From: Eledone cirrhosa
Taxonomy: Eukaryota
DNA: 64,000 nt
Assembly (NCBI GenBank): GCA_964016885.1
Contig: OZ024741.1
Span: forward strand, 178,188,001-178,252,000
Direction of reading: 5' to 3'
A model generated the notes under the pieces. That model was given only the letters and a program-made list of their open reading frames with translations. It searched no databases and was not told where the DNA came from. Both the position numbers and the translations under genes were made by a program. Shown here piece by piece: positions 28,431 through 40,040 of the stretch (the stretch's first letter is position 1; the number at the start of each line of letters is the position of its first letter).

Positions 28431-29412
28431 GGTTTAACATTGGTATTTATAGATACAACGGAGAATCAAAACAATAACATCAATAATAAAAGATAATAAT
28501 AAAGAAGTTAGAATGTAGATGATAAAGATGTAAAATTTAAGTAAAAGAATAATAAGTACAGAATACGATTGCTGATAATAGTGCTGGTGGTGGTTAAAGT
28601 TACAGTGGTGAGTAAATGTATGTGTAAAGACGTGATGAGGGTACCGATAAGACTAACATGAAAAGAAGCATTAATACATACATACGTAGTGGCAAATTCT
28701 CATAGGATTAGAGCAAAAAGTCAAAAATAGTAACAAATAACAGATAAAAGATAAAAAATAATAAATAAAAATAAAGTGATGGGGAAGAGATACAGGACAG
28801 GAGACAGAGAGTGGGGGTGGTGATACGAGGATGAGACATAAGGGGTAGGGCTAAGGACGGGGTAGAAGTAGATAGGTAGATAGAGAATACAAATTGAGAG
28901 GAGTAGTGTTGATATATGTGTGGTTAATGCCTGGCAGGCTGATTGTTTCATCTTAATGGGGTGATGTGGCTTTAGAGAGAGTGAAAGAAAGGTTGGGAGA
29001 TTTATGATGTTGATTTAGTGACCAGTTAGTCAGTTGAGAGCTAATAACAGTGGGGGTGGTATGTATTCAGTACATTAAAATCCGCGTGGTTATAAGTTAT
29101 TGGGATAAAAAAAGAGGAGAGAGAGAGAAAAAAAAATGTAAACAAACACGAAGGGTGAAGCAACGTAAAGAGAGGAAATATATCAAGTCAACGTTGCTTC
29201 ACCATCGTGTCTGTTTATATTTTCTCTCTCTCTCCTCGCTTTTTTTTATCCCAATAACTTATTTTAGTTATTGCTCGGCTTAGACTGAGGTATCTTGTCT
29301 CTAACGCGAAGAAATACTTATGATTACTAATAGACAACTGACGATGGATATTACCTTCTTTTGCCCGTAACTTTTATTTTCATTATACATAATCGCAAAC
29401 AGCCCACCATTT

Positions 29413-29499
<87 letters not shown>

Positions 29500-29502
<3 letters not shown>

Positions 29503-30023
29503 CTTTATTAGCCACAAGGCACATGAGAAGGGGACAAATGCAAATGGGGAGTTTACATACCGGTTTATGAAAAAACTATTAATAAAATAACAAATAACAA
29601 TTGAAATCCCCCAAAGGGGGGAGGCGTTACACAGGGGTTGTACACACCCTGAAAAAATGTACAACCCTCATCTCCAGGAGCACCAAGAGTGAGTACTCCC
29701 TTCCTCTCTTTCCTCAACCTACTGGCTTATATATAGAGAAGGCCCAACCACTCGGGCCATCTTTGCCACATTCACCCACCTTTTATAAAATGTGCTGGGG
29801 TACAGCACCTCTCTCTACATCCTGATTCTTCTTCCAAAATGATATTTGAAAAAACGAATCAGTTGTGCATCGGAGAGAAAGGTGTCTGACCTCCGTCCTT
29901 TTAACCTCGTCCACCATATAACCTCTTTCACCATAGCCATAACACATAGGAAAACCGCCTCTCCCTCGTTTTTGAAGGAGGCTGGCGGTTTGATCATAAC
30001 AATGGACTTCGTGGTCAAAGATA
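29500..30023 (-). mobile_element. 5'-truncated Tx1/L1-like LINE 3' end (second subfamily), abutting (TC)n
   Basis: Encodes IKPPASFKNEGEAVFLCVMAMVKEVIWWTRLKG, a paralog of 30377-30616. It has its own AATAAA (29504-29509) directly before the (TC)n run. Confidence 0.85.
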
Positions 30024-33000
30024 AATTTCTCTTTATTGTCACGAGGGCACAAACAAACGGGACAAATACAAGGGGTGGGGGAGTTTACACAAAAGAACAA
30101 GTAAAAAACAAATAACAAATATAAAATTGACAATAAAGTCCTCAATAGGGAGGAGGCGTTTTGGAGGGTCGCACACACCAACGAAAAAGTGTGCAACCCT
30201 TCTTTTTAGGAGTACAGAGAGAGGGTGTTCCCTTGTTCTTCCATATTTTTCACCTACATGCTGATGTAGAGAGAAGACCCATGCACACGGGCCATTCTCG
30301 CCACTTTCACCCACCTTTCATAAAACTGGCTGGAGGGGAGCACCTCTCTCTCCATCCTGATCATTCTTCCGAAATATTATCGGAAGAAAAGGACCAGCTG
30401 TTGGCCTGAGAGAAAGGTGCCCGACCTCAGCCCTTTCAAACGCCTCCACCATACAACCTCTTTCACCTTGGCTATTACGCACAGAAACACCGCCTCTCCT
30501 TCATTTCTGAAGGGGGGGGGCAGCTTGATCGTTATAATGGACTCTGTGGTCAACCGGATAGGTTCCACCCGTGACAGCAGTCGACATAACCCCACAGATC
30601 GGCGACGCCCGGGCATTTTACCAATTCATGCGCGATGGTTTGCTCGTCGCGCACGCATCTGGGACAGATGTTTTTCGAAGGGTCCCTACCCGAGTGCCCG
30701 TATCTGTAGAACTTTTCTCGAACGGGCAGAGCCCCTCGGTAGCACTCCCAGGCCAGGGACCTCGGGAAGTTGTCCATAGGTCCTGGGCTAAATGTCCTAC
30801 CGAACAGGCTGGCCAGTTCGTCTTCCTCCATGTCTAACGCTTCTGCGATGGCGTCGTCGCACCTGATGCGCACCAGCCCTCTATATAATGTCGAGGTGGA
30901 GTCTCCACAGACAGCCGGGTCCGCCTGCCAGAGAGCCGTGAGCGCCTGGGCACACCCGGTGTGCCACGCGCCCAGTTTTCTCGGTCTTTGCTTGACCCAG
31001 GATTGCAGCTCGGTGAGTGAGACGAGTCTCGGAAAGGTTCGTCTCATAAACGGGGCCCACACCGGTTGACCGGTGAAGAATACTTGGAGGTACCGTAGCC
31101 TTAATGCGTGTTTACGCATTAGCAGCCACGGCATCCCCAGCCCTCCTTTCAAAGGGTGCTGACAGCAGATTGATCTCCTCACCAAAGGAGCCCGCTTCTT
31201 CCAAAGGAATTGGAAGAGTGCGCCCTCCATTTTGGTGAGCGTTTCCCTTGGGCAAGGCACGACGGGCAGGCAGTAGTAGATGACGGACGCTATATAAGTG
31301 TTCGCCACCTCCGCCCGACCTTTCAGGGATAGTTTGCACTCGGCCCACTTCTGGGTCAGTGCAAACACCCTGTTCGTTACCTCGCCCAAGTTCTTCTCCA
31401 CCTGGAAGTCTGGTTCGAACCAGACCCCGAGCAACTTCACCGGGCCCTCGGTCCAGAGCCCGACGACGCCATCGGAGGGCATCGGTTTGCCCCTTCACGT
31501 GCGGAGCTGCAAACCGATCGACTTGTCCCGGTTCAGCTTGGACCCTGTAAACCTTTCGTACTCCTCCAGTAAGGTGCCGATCGCCCCGATTTCCGAGTTG
31601 GTCGACACCATTACCGTTACATCATCGGCGTAGGCTGACACCGCTTTCCGCAATCCTGGTTCCAAAGGGATGCCCTGCAACAACTCCAACTTCCGCAGCA
31701 GTGGCTTGAGGGCCAATACATACAGAAGGGAGGAGAGAGTCTACCCCTGTCGGATCGACCGCGTGATTTCGAACGGCTCCGAGAGGTAGCCGTTCACCTT
31801 GACTCTATAGCAGATGCGGCTGCTGTGCATGGCAGTGATCCAGCACCTGAAAACGGGTCCGAAACCTGGCGCCGCTAGCACCGCATCCAGGTAACCATGG
31901 TCGACCCTATCCTACGCCTTAGATTGATCCAAGTTAATCAGGACCCCACCAAAGCCGGGTTCGTACCCAACCCTCTCTATGATGTATCGTATAAGGTGGA
32001 GGTTGTCGTGGATGGTCCTGGACAAGATAGTACATGTCTGTGTATCTCCCACCAGGTTGCGCACGACAAGCGCCAACCCCTTTGCTAACACCTTGGCCAA
32101 AATATTTAACTCTGAGTTATGGGCCTGAAATGACTTATTTCGTCCCTCTTGTTCTCGTCCTTCCTCACTAGCGAGACAACGCCCTTGGTCACAGAACATT
32201 TGTTGGTTTTTGTTCTGTATATATATTTTTTTTTTAGGGGGGGGGGGGGGGGTATTTTTCTTTGTGTGGGTGCGGTGTGTTTTCTTTTTTGGAAGGGTTC
32301 CCCCTCGCCTTCTGACGTTAAGGGATCCTCTTCCATGTTGGAGGGGAGTGGTACATTTTGGGGTTTTGTTATGTATGTTGTTGGAGTTGTTTTAGGTGAG
32401 GAGGGGTTGGGTGAGACCGTGTTCAGTTTTTTGTTGACTGCTTGTGTTTGTTGTTTTGGGGTGGCGGTGGTTGTGGTAGTGAATGTGTTTTTGTTTGTGG
32501 AGTTGTTTTGGGTGTGGAGGGGTTGGGTGGGTCCGTGTTCAGTGTTTTTTTTTTACTTGTGTTTGTTTTTGTTGTTTTTGGAGGTGTTGGCAGTAAACGT
32601 GTTTTAGTTTGTTGATGACAGGCAGCCCTCAGGTCATCTCTGCCTCCACAGAGGTAGCAAGCGGGCCGCCTACCCTCAGCTGCAATGTTCATAAATTGGG
32701 AGTCTTCCAGGGCCACTCTTTGGGGTATCTTTGCGATACGTTCTGTTTTCTTTAGACCCAGAACCTGTATGCCTATACCGCCAAAGTGGCCCCTGGTGAC
32801 TATATCAAGGAGTTCATCTTCGTCGTCCAGTATCCCTCCTAGTATCCACCACATATTTGTATTTGGTTGTATACCGGAGATTGTTATTTTTTTTAGTTTT
32901 CTTCCCCATGTAGGTGGTGAAGAAAGTGTACTGATTGGACACCATTGGCGACACCGTGTATTTTGGGGCCACCAATTGGTCCTTCATCAAAATTATCAGA

Positions 33001-33925
33001 CTCCCATATAACTTCCCTCTCTCAATAAAAACCATGTCCTTCAACGCGTCTTTTAACACCAGCACAATTTCGCTATGCGATAATTGAGCTGGTTTTTTCG
33101 ACGCATTTGATATAGTTCTAAAATTAATTGTCCTTAGGACCGTGTCTCTTTTAATATCCTTAGGGGAGATTATGGTGAATTCAGCGTTTTCACCAAAGGT
33201 CACCTGTTTTCTCCCCTCTTTTAGCAATTCCGCTGCATTACTGATGTCAACTGGGGTGAAAGTTTCGGTCTCCTTAACGACCTGGGCAAGGGATATTCGT
33301 GTAGTGGGGTCTTTTTTGTGTATTTCGTTGCTGTTGTTTTTGTTCTCTTGGGTTTTTGCGTTTTGGTTGTCGTTGTTTGCGATACAGTTTTGGGGGTTTT
33401 CACCCATTTTTTCGTGTTTTGAGTTCACAGTTATGTTGTTCTCTTTGTCATTGTTGCTGCTGTTTTCGCTTTTGTGTGTGTTTATGTTATTTTCTTTGTT
33501 ATTTGTGTTGGTGTTGTTGGCGTCAGTATAATTTATACATTCTTTAAATTTACTGTTTCCATTGTTTGGGTTATTACCCAAGTTTTTAGAATTGTTCGCC
33601 AAATCCACTTCCATACTCGCATGCGAAAGCGAGAGAAAGGAAGCTTCAGTAGGTTGAGTTACTTGTTGCTCTATATCACTTTCCCTGGGGGGCGTGGCAG
33701 TTGTGTTTTCATGTATGGTGTCCATTATTGTAAGTTGGTACTCAAATTTTTCAAAGTAGTTTCTACCCCCAAAAAGGGGTAAACATAAAATAACCACCCG
33801 TCTGCAAGTACAGGCGGGTAGTTATGTCACACAAATAAAACAAATGAAACACAAACTCAGTCAAAATCGTAATACAAATCCAAAAAGGCTGCAGCCGATG
33901 TAACACGTCTACCATGAACGATAGA
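30024..33925 (-). mobile_element. decayed Tx1/L1-clade LINE: ORF1 plus RT/C-terminal part of ORF2, endonuclease region missing
   Basis: ORF1 (33797-32423) ends in the degenerate knuckle RRPACYLCGGRDDLRAAC. ORF2 motifs: FRPIT, ILAKVLA, LINLDQSKA*DRV, AYADDVT, KLLGVWF, LSLKGR, KGGLG, CPRC..EQTIAH; frameshifts; AATAAA at 30032-30037. Confidence 0.9.
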
Positions 33926-34960
33926 TAGTTAGATTTATATAACCTATCGATGTCGTTGTTAATTAATGATTTCTATTTATCAGGAAGCTACGGGAGACAT
34001 CTGTAATAGAAGGTAATAAAATAGGCGAGACACAAGTATGTATTGATTAACAAATATTTAAATAGCTGAATAGACTTCCAGCTAATGAGGTTTCAATCTT
34101 AATCCTACTGCACACTTCATATTGTGTAGTTCTTCATTCTAATGTTAAATATTTCAGCGAATAATTCTCTTTAACATGGAAAGAATAAATAATATACATT
34201 CGAATTTAGGGCTGGAAAGCTGTTATTGTTACTACTGGTCCAGGAAATCCTACATGAGGTTAAAGAACAGTTTAGTTTATTTATACACTCGAGAAAACAA
34301 TTTTTATTTCGGCGCCTTACCTGCCAGACTACAAACGAAGTTATAATCTAGAGAGTTCAATAGTCAAGAGAATAAATCGTAGACAGCCATGAGCACATCT
34401 TATTTCTAGAAAGCAAACCGCTAACAAAAAATAGCATGCAAACATTGTTAGTTACCGGGGTTTAAATTAACATATAAATCACATATATTCATTTAAGGAA
34501 GAAGGAAAATAAATGAATATAGATATCCAATTAACATTACAGTATGCTGACTTATGTGAATATAATTGAGAGGTTAGTATTCAAGTGCTGATGATTATGA
34601 TGATGCTTGCGATGGTGGTAGCTGTGGAGGTGGTAATGCTTGAGGTTGATGGTGAATATGTTGTTGATTGTAGGGATGCGTTATAGACGAAAGCGACATC
34701 AGTCAGAGGCATTGTTGATTTTTGTTGAGAGCAATGGCGCTGTTGGGTGTTGTCTGGTTGTCTCTCGATGCTAGTTTGGGGATTGATGGTGTTGTTAGTG
34801 GGTATTAATGGTGTTGGTTGGTGACGATGGTAGAAGTGGCAGTGGTGGTAATAGTGGTAATAGTGGTCGTGGTGGTAGTGAATAATATTATTTGATATTA
34901 GAGTGCAGTAGTAATCACATAGAGTTATGATGATAATGAAGATGGTGGAGTTAGTGATAA

Positions 34961-35345
34961 TAATTGTTTCTACTTTTGGCACAAGGCCAACAATTATCCC
35001 AGTGTATTACTGGTACTTTATTTTATCGACCTCATGAGGATGAAAGACAAAGTTAACCTCGGCGCGATTTGAACTCATATTGTATAGGGATGTAACTATA
35101 TGCTGAAAAGTATGGCTTCCGACCCTCTACCGATACTGCCAATCCACCGGCTGATAATAATTTTTTCTACTTTTGGCACAAGGCCAGCAATTATCCCAGT
35201 GCATTACTGGTACTTTATCTTATCGACCTCGTAAGGATGAAATGCAAAGTTAACCTCGGCGAGAATTGAACTCAGATTATAAAGGGCCGTAACTCTATGC
35301 TTCAAAGTATAGCGTCTGACCCTTTATCGATATTGCCAATCCACA
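34961..35345 (-). mobile_element. two tandem tRNA-SINE copies (34961-35148, 35157-35345)
   Basis: Both carry the A-box-like TGGCARTATCG and B-box-like GAGTTCAA on the minus strand, plus the family body. Confidence 0.9.
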
Positions 35346-37312
35346 ATGCTGGTGATATTGTATACATTTTTGTAAGTTTCGGATCGGCTTTTGTTGCTGG
35401 TAGAGTAGTAGTAGATTTTTGTTGTCATAGCACCAGGTGAAACCTGGCCATGCTACCGATGATCAAATTACAGCCATAACAAACCTCGCTTGTTCTAGAC
35501 ATGGCATATGACACCAAGAATTCATTATCGAATGTGTTCTTTTCTTTAAATTCTACGTTATAATTTGACGATTATTTCACTAGTATTTCTATAACATTTA
35601 TAAGTACACGTAGGTATAATTATACATATTTATACCTATAGTGTATTGGCATTCACGTGATTAATGTTAAGTTGTAGCGGGGTGCTAGTAGAGTGGGAAA
35701 CATTATGGAGATACAGAATCGTAGGCGTTTTGAAGTTGTTTCTGTTATTGTTGTCGTGGTTGTTGTTGCTGTAGTTGTCAAGCATCAGACTGGTCGTTTC
35801 TAGTGCTGCGCTCATCCCATCCGGTGAAAATTATCTACTTTTGTAAGACAACGATGTTTGGGCTTCCGGCTAGCAACAAATGAACGTAAAGTCAAAAGTG
35901 TAGCACACAGAGAAAAAAGGACACACAAATGTATAACCGTGTGTTTGTGTGAATATATGTATGTATGTATGGGTGTGTGAGTGTATGTGTGTGCGTGTGT
36001 ATGGTGGTATTTCCTTAACCAAAATTAACGACGTCTTTTATCAGACATATCCACTTCAAATGAGAACATAAATACATTGATTTAAAGAGATTTCCGGTAT
36101 GTAAAAGCAGGAAAACGGCCTATAGACACTATGAAAGTAAAAATTGTAGTCGCTGGACAGAATAAAAATTCCTCATACAGAGTAAATGGCTTTAAGAGCT
36201 GATACTCGTAATTCATAGAATGTTACCATTATCACCCAAGCAATTAAAAATAAAAATTAACATGAACAGCTTTTTGCCTCTACAAAAGAGATTGGCGCTG
36301 GTAATATAATCTGTAATTTTCACACATATTTTGTTTAAATATCTTTAATTTTATTGGCTCAGAATCAGAATTAGAATCATCTAATGGTATTGGCTCCTGT
36401 TATACTTAAAATCCATTTGAATCAAATGAAATAAACCTCAATCATACCACATTCTATTTAATACTAGTTTCTATGTTTAATCAAAATAGAATCAAATAAA
36501 TTGATTTTCTAAATAAAATTCTATATAAAACAAGTTATATCTATGTTTCTATATCTATATACTGGCTTAAACTGTAGTGTATCTAACTGAAGGCAAAATG
36601 TTATATATATCTATAGAAATACTAATGACAGTGAATAAAATTTGATATATACGATATTTAAGGTATTAAACTAATTTTGAAGTAGATACATATTAAAATA
36701 TGAAACAAAACCAAACGTCTGATGTAGATAATGGTGAACTGTGTCGGAAATATATGTAAGTAAATTTGAAAATTTTGATATATTCGTACATATTGTTGAG
36801 ATGAGAACAGTTTGCGTTTTAAAAAAATTACTTTAGCTACGAAATTCTATCTTTTATTAATTCTACTATATTGTGTATGAGAGGGGCCTGGTTATGATTT
36901 TGCGGATTTCATATTCTGAGACATCACATTCTGAATATCTAAAGATTGACTTTTGCCTTAGAGTTTGCTCCCAACAAAATGTAAACCTAACTCATTCTTA
37001 AACACAATAACGTAGAATCCATAAAACACTAAGTTTCATCGTTGAGATCAAAGCATTTATGTTTATACACTTTATACTAATACATCAAAGTGTCATACTA
37101 AATACAAAATACTACAATTCAGTTCTCCACGAGTGAATGCACTAAATTACCTAAACACATACACATTCAGGATCACAATACAAACTCTTAGGAAATGCTA
37201 CACATTTACTTAGACAATACCACACATTTATATAGACATAATTCACTTCTGAAAATACATGACGGGAACAATGGAGGTGTGTAAGACATAGCCGTCTTTA
37301 TATATTTAATCG

Positions 37313-37490
37313 TAATTGTTTCTACTTTTGGCACAAGGCCAGCAATTACTGGTACTTTATTTTATCGACCCCGTAAGGATGAAAGGCAAAGTTAACCTCG
37401 ACAGGATTTGAACTCAGACCGTAAAGGGACGTAACTATGCTGGAAAGCATGGCGTCCGACTCTCTACCGATACTGCCAATCCACCACCCA
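37313..37490 (-). mobile_element. tRNA-derived SINE
   Basis: Reverse complement: GGTGGATTGGCAGTATCGGTAGAG...GAGTTCAAATCC...GGCCTTGTGCCAAAAGTAGAAAC. Confidence 0.9.
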
Positions 37491-37755
37491 TTAATCATAA
37501 TGCATTCCAAATACACACACACACACACACACACGCACACACGTATATATATATATATCCCTTAACGGGATCTTAAAAATCTCAGAGTTTTAGAAGATCC
37601 CGTTAAGGGTGAAAGCAGCGATTCTTTGCTTAAACTTTAATCTGTTATTTTAATGAACATTTGGACTAGGGTTCTTTTATATTTGATATATATTTATATT
37701 TATTGAGCCCTCTCTGGATTTTAGTCTTCACATTTATTACTATAGGGGCAGCCAT

Positions 37756-37853
<98 letters not shown>

Positions 37854-38127
37854 TATATATATATATATGTATATATCACGATAAATTATCGGAGCCATAG
37901 ACTCTCGTTATTCCCTGTCAATAATGTGCTCAAAGGAAAAGGAATCCTGAGCTCTTAAAAATACAATATGTTGAAAAGGTAACACACTAGAGAGAGATAG
38001 AGCGCCATCAGTAAAACAGGGAAAACCCACCAGTGTATGGAATCTATAACCTATGAAAGGCAGGGTAGGCACACAATACTTAAAACTATAAATTAAAATG
38101 TATATACGTACCTCTATAACTATATAA

Positions 38128-39059
38128 TGTCAACTCTGGATGACGGTGAAAATGTCAAGCTAACCTCAGTCTCCTCTGTGTCACTTTTGAGCTGACTTTT
38201 GGGATCTCCCATACAGCTTTGAGTTTTTCATCATCAGTGTATACTGATTAATGTTCAGAGCCATCCTCAGCATTCTCGTGTAGCACCCATCCACCATCTG
38301 GGTGAATTTCTTAGTCAATGTCCAAGTCTCAGACCCGTACAGCAGCACAGACTCCAGTACAGCAATGAAGAGGCAGATCTGCAGGTCTTTACGAAGGTCC
38401 GACTTCCACACCGATCTGAAGCTGTGTTACGCCGCCCAGGCTTTGCTCTTCCTCTCAACCACATCATCTTACGTATTCCCAATCTTTGCTCCCAAATACA
38501 GGAAGCCCTCAACCAATTCTAGCGGCTTCCCGCCTACATTAGTGATCCCCTCTGGCTTCTCAACATTCTCTACCAGATATTTTGTTTTAGTCTCATTCAT
38601 TCTCAGCCCCACACACATCGACACAGTCTCAACCTCCTGCATCAAATCCTCTGCCTCCTTCACTGTATTTGTCACCAAAACTATGTCGTCAGCAAATTCA
38701 GCATCTGATACCTTTTTCGCCTTAACTCTCCTGCTCTGAGCCGGTGCTACAGTAAAGCCAGAGTCCTGTTGTTTCTCCAGTGCAAAGCGCATACAATAGT
38801 CCACTACGATGATAAAAAGGTAGGGAGCCAATGTATCTCCCTGGAGCACTCCAGCCATTATCTCAAAGAACTCTGTCATCCCATCAGGTGTAATAACATG
38901 GACACACTGGAAGTGGAAGACCAAGGTTAACGTATGTTGATGCTGTAAGGACAGACACTGGTCTGTTGGAGACGCAGGACAAGGCAGCGATAAAGAGGGA
39001 CAGAGACTGCTGGAGAGAACTCGTCCATGGATCTCGGGAATTTTACCCGCCCTAGATAG
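38128..39059. mobile_element. RTE-clade LINE insertion with 5' inversion and 12-bp TSD
   Basis: TSD ATAACTATATAA at 38116-38127 and 39060-39071. Minus 38128-38905: GVLQGDTLAPYLF, EFADD, YLG, LYGSETW, HRHPELT. Plus 38908-39055: GRPRLTYVDAVRTDTGL..RDCWRELV, with a TAGATAGA tail. Confidence 0.9.
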
Positions 39060-39086
39060 ATAACTATATAACACACACGTGCAAAT

Positions 39087-39154
39087 CCAAAGAGATCTAT
39101 TTCGCCAACAAGTTGTTGACTGAAATGGAATAGCCCATGGTTCATCAGCGTGTT
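39087..39154 (-). ncRNA. hammerhead-like core in the left unit
   Basis: Reverse complement: CTGATGA-ACCA...TGGC-GAAA-TAGATCT. Stems I and III are poor. Confidence 0.4.
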
Positions 39155-39783
39155 CAAAGCCATACATTTCAGACAACCCTAAGAGAATTTAAAGCGACCG
39201 TCCAGCTACACGTGGGAGAGATGTCACAGCGTGTTTAGGGCAGTGAACCAGTGGTGTCTGAGAGACGAGCTGCTAGAAAGGGCAGACCAAAACCCCCCAG
39301 AGAAGTGTGCTCAACCAAACAGAGAGAGAGGAAAGACTGTTATAAGGAGCGAAATATCACGATAAATTAACGGAGCCATAGACTCTCGCCATTCCCTGTC
39401 AATAATGTGCTCAAAGGAAAAGGAATCCTGAGCTCTTGTCATTGATGGCAAACTATCTCTCTCTAGTGTGTTACCTTTTAAACATATTGTATTTTAAAGA
39501 GCGCAGGATTCCTTTTACTTTGAGCACATTATTGACAGGGAATAGCGAGAGTCTATGGCTCCGTTAATTTATCGTGATATTTCGTTCTTCATAACAGTCT
39601 TTCGTCTCTCTCTCTGTTTGGTTGAGCACACTTCTCTGAGTGGTTTTGGACTGCCCTTTCTAGCAGCTCGTCCCTCAGACACCACTGGTCCACTGCCGTA
39701 AACACGCCGTGTTATCTCTCGCCCAGGTGTAGCTGGACGATCGCTTTAAATTCTTTTAGTGTTGTCTGAAATGTATGGTTTTG

Positions 39784-39851
39784 AACACGCTGATGAACCT
39801 TGAGCTATCCCAGTTCAGTCAACAACTTCTTGGCGAAACAAATCTCGTTGG
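39784..39851 (+). ncRNA. hammerhead-like core in the right unit
   Basis: CTGATGA at 39790 and GGCGAAA ending at 39838; both half-cores are conserved in the two copies; stems imperfect. Confidence 0.4.
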
Positions 39852-40040
39852 ATTTGTATGCTTGTGTTATATAGTTATGGAGGTACGTATATACATTTTA
39901 ATTTATATTTTTAATTATTGTGTGTCTACCCTGCCTTTCATAGGTTATAGATTCCATACACTGGTGGATTTTCCCATTTTTATTGATGGCGAACTATCTC
40001 TCTCTAGTGTTTTACCTTTTCAACATATTATATATATATA

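Larger units (their letters stand above)
37873..40030. mobile_element. inverted pair of ~540-bp non-coding units (each slightly longer than one monomer) with hammerhead-like cores; left arm interrupted by an RTE
   Basis: The right unit starts at 39441 and restarts at 39982. The left unit text at 37873 recurs at 39354. The left arm is the reverse complement of the right. Both outer ends are in (AT)n. Confidence 0.88.

Noticed and set aside
34581-34982. 133-aa His/Thr/Ile-rich ORF
   Set aside because: Derived from degenerate (GGT/GAT)n low-complexity sequence plus a SINE tail.
34961-35345. Repeated units resembling a CRISPR array or tRNA genes
   Set aside because: They are tandem SINE copies: no constant repeat with unique spacers, no full cloverleaf, eukaryotic context.
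37558-37616. 16-bp perfect hairpin followed by TGAAAG
   Set aside because: Could be a truncated hammerhead stem II, but the 5' half-core is absent; not a terminator in this context.
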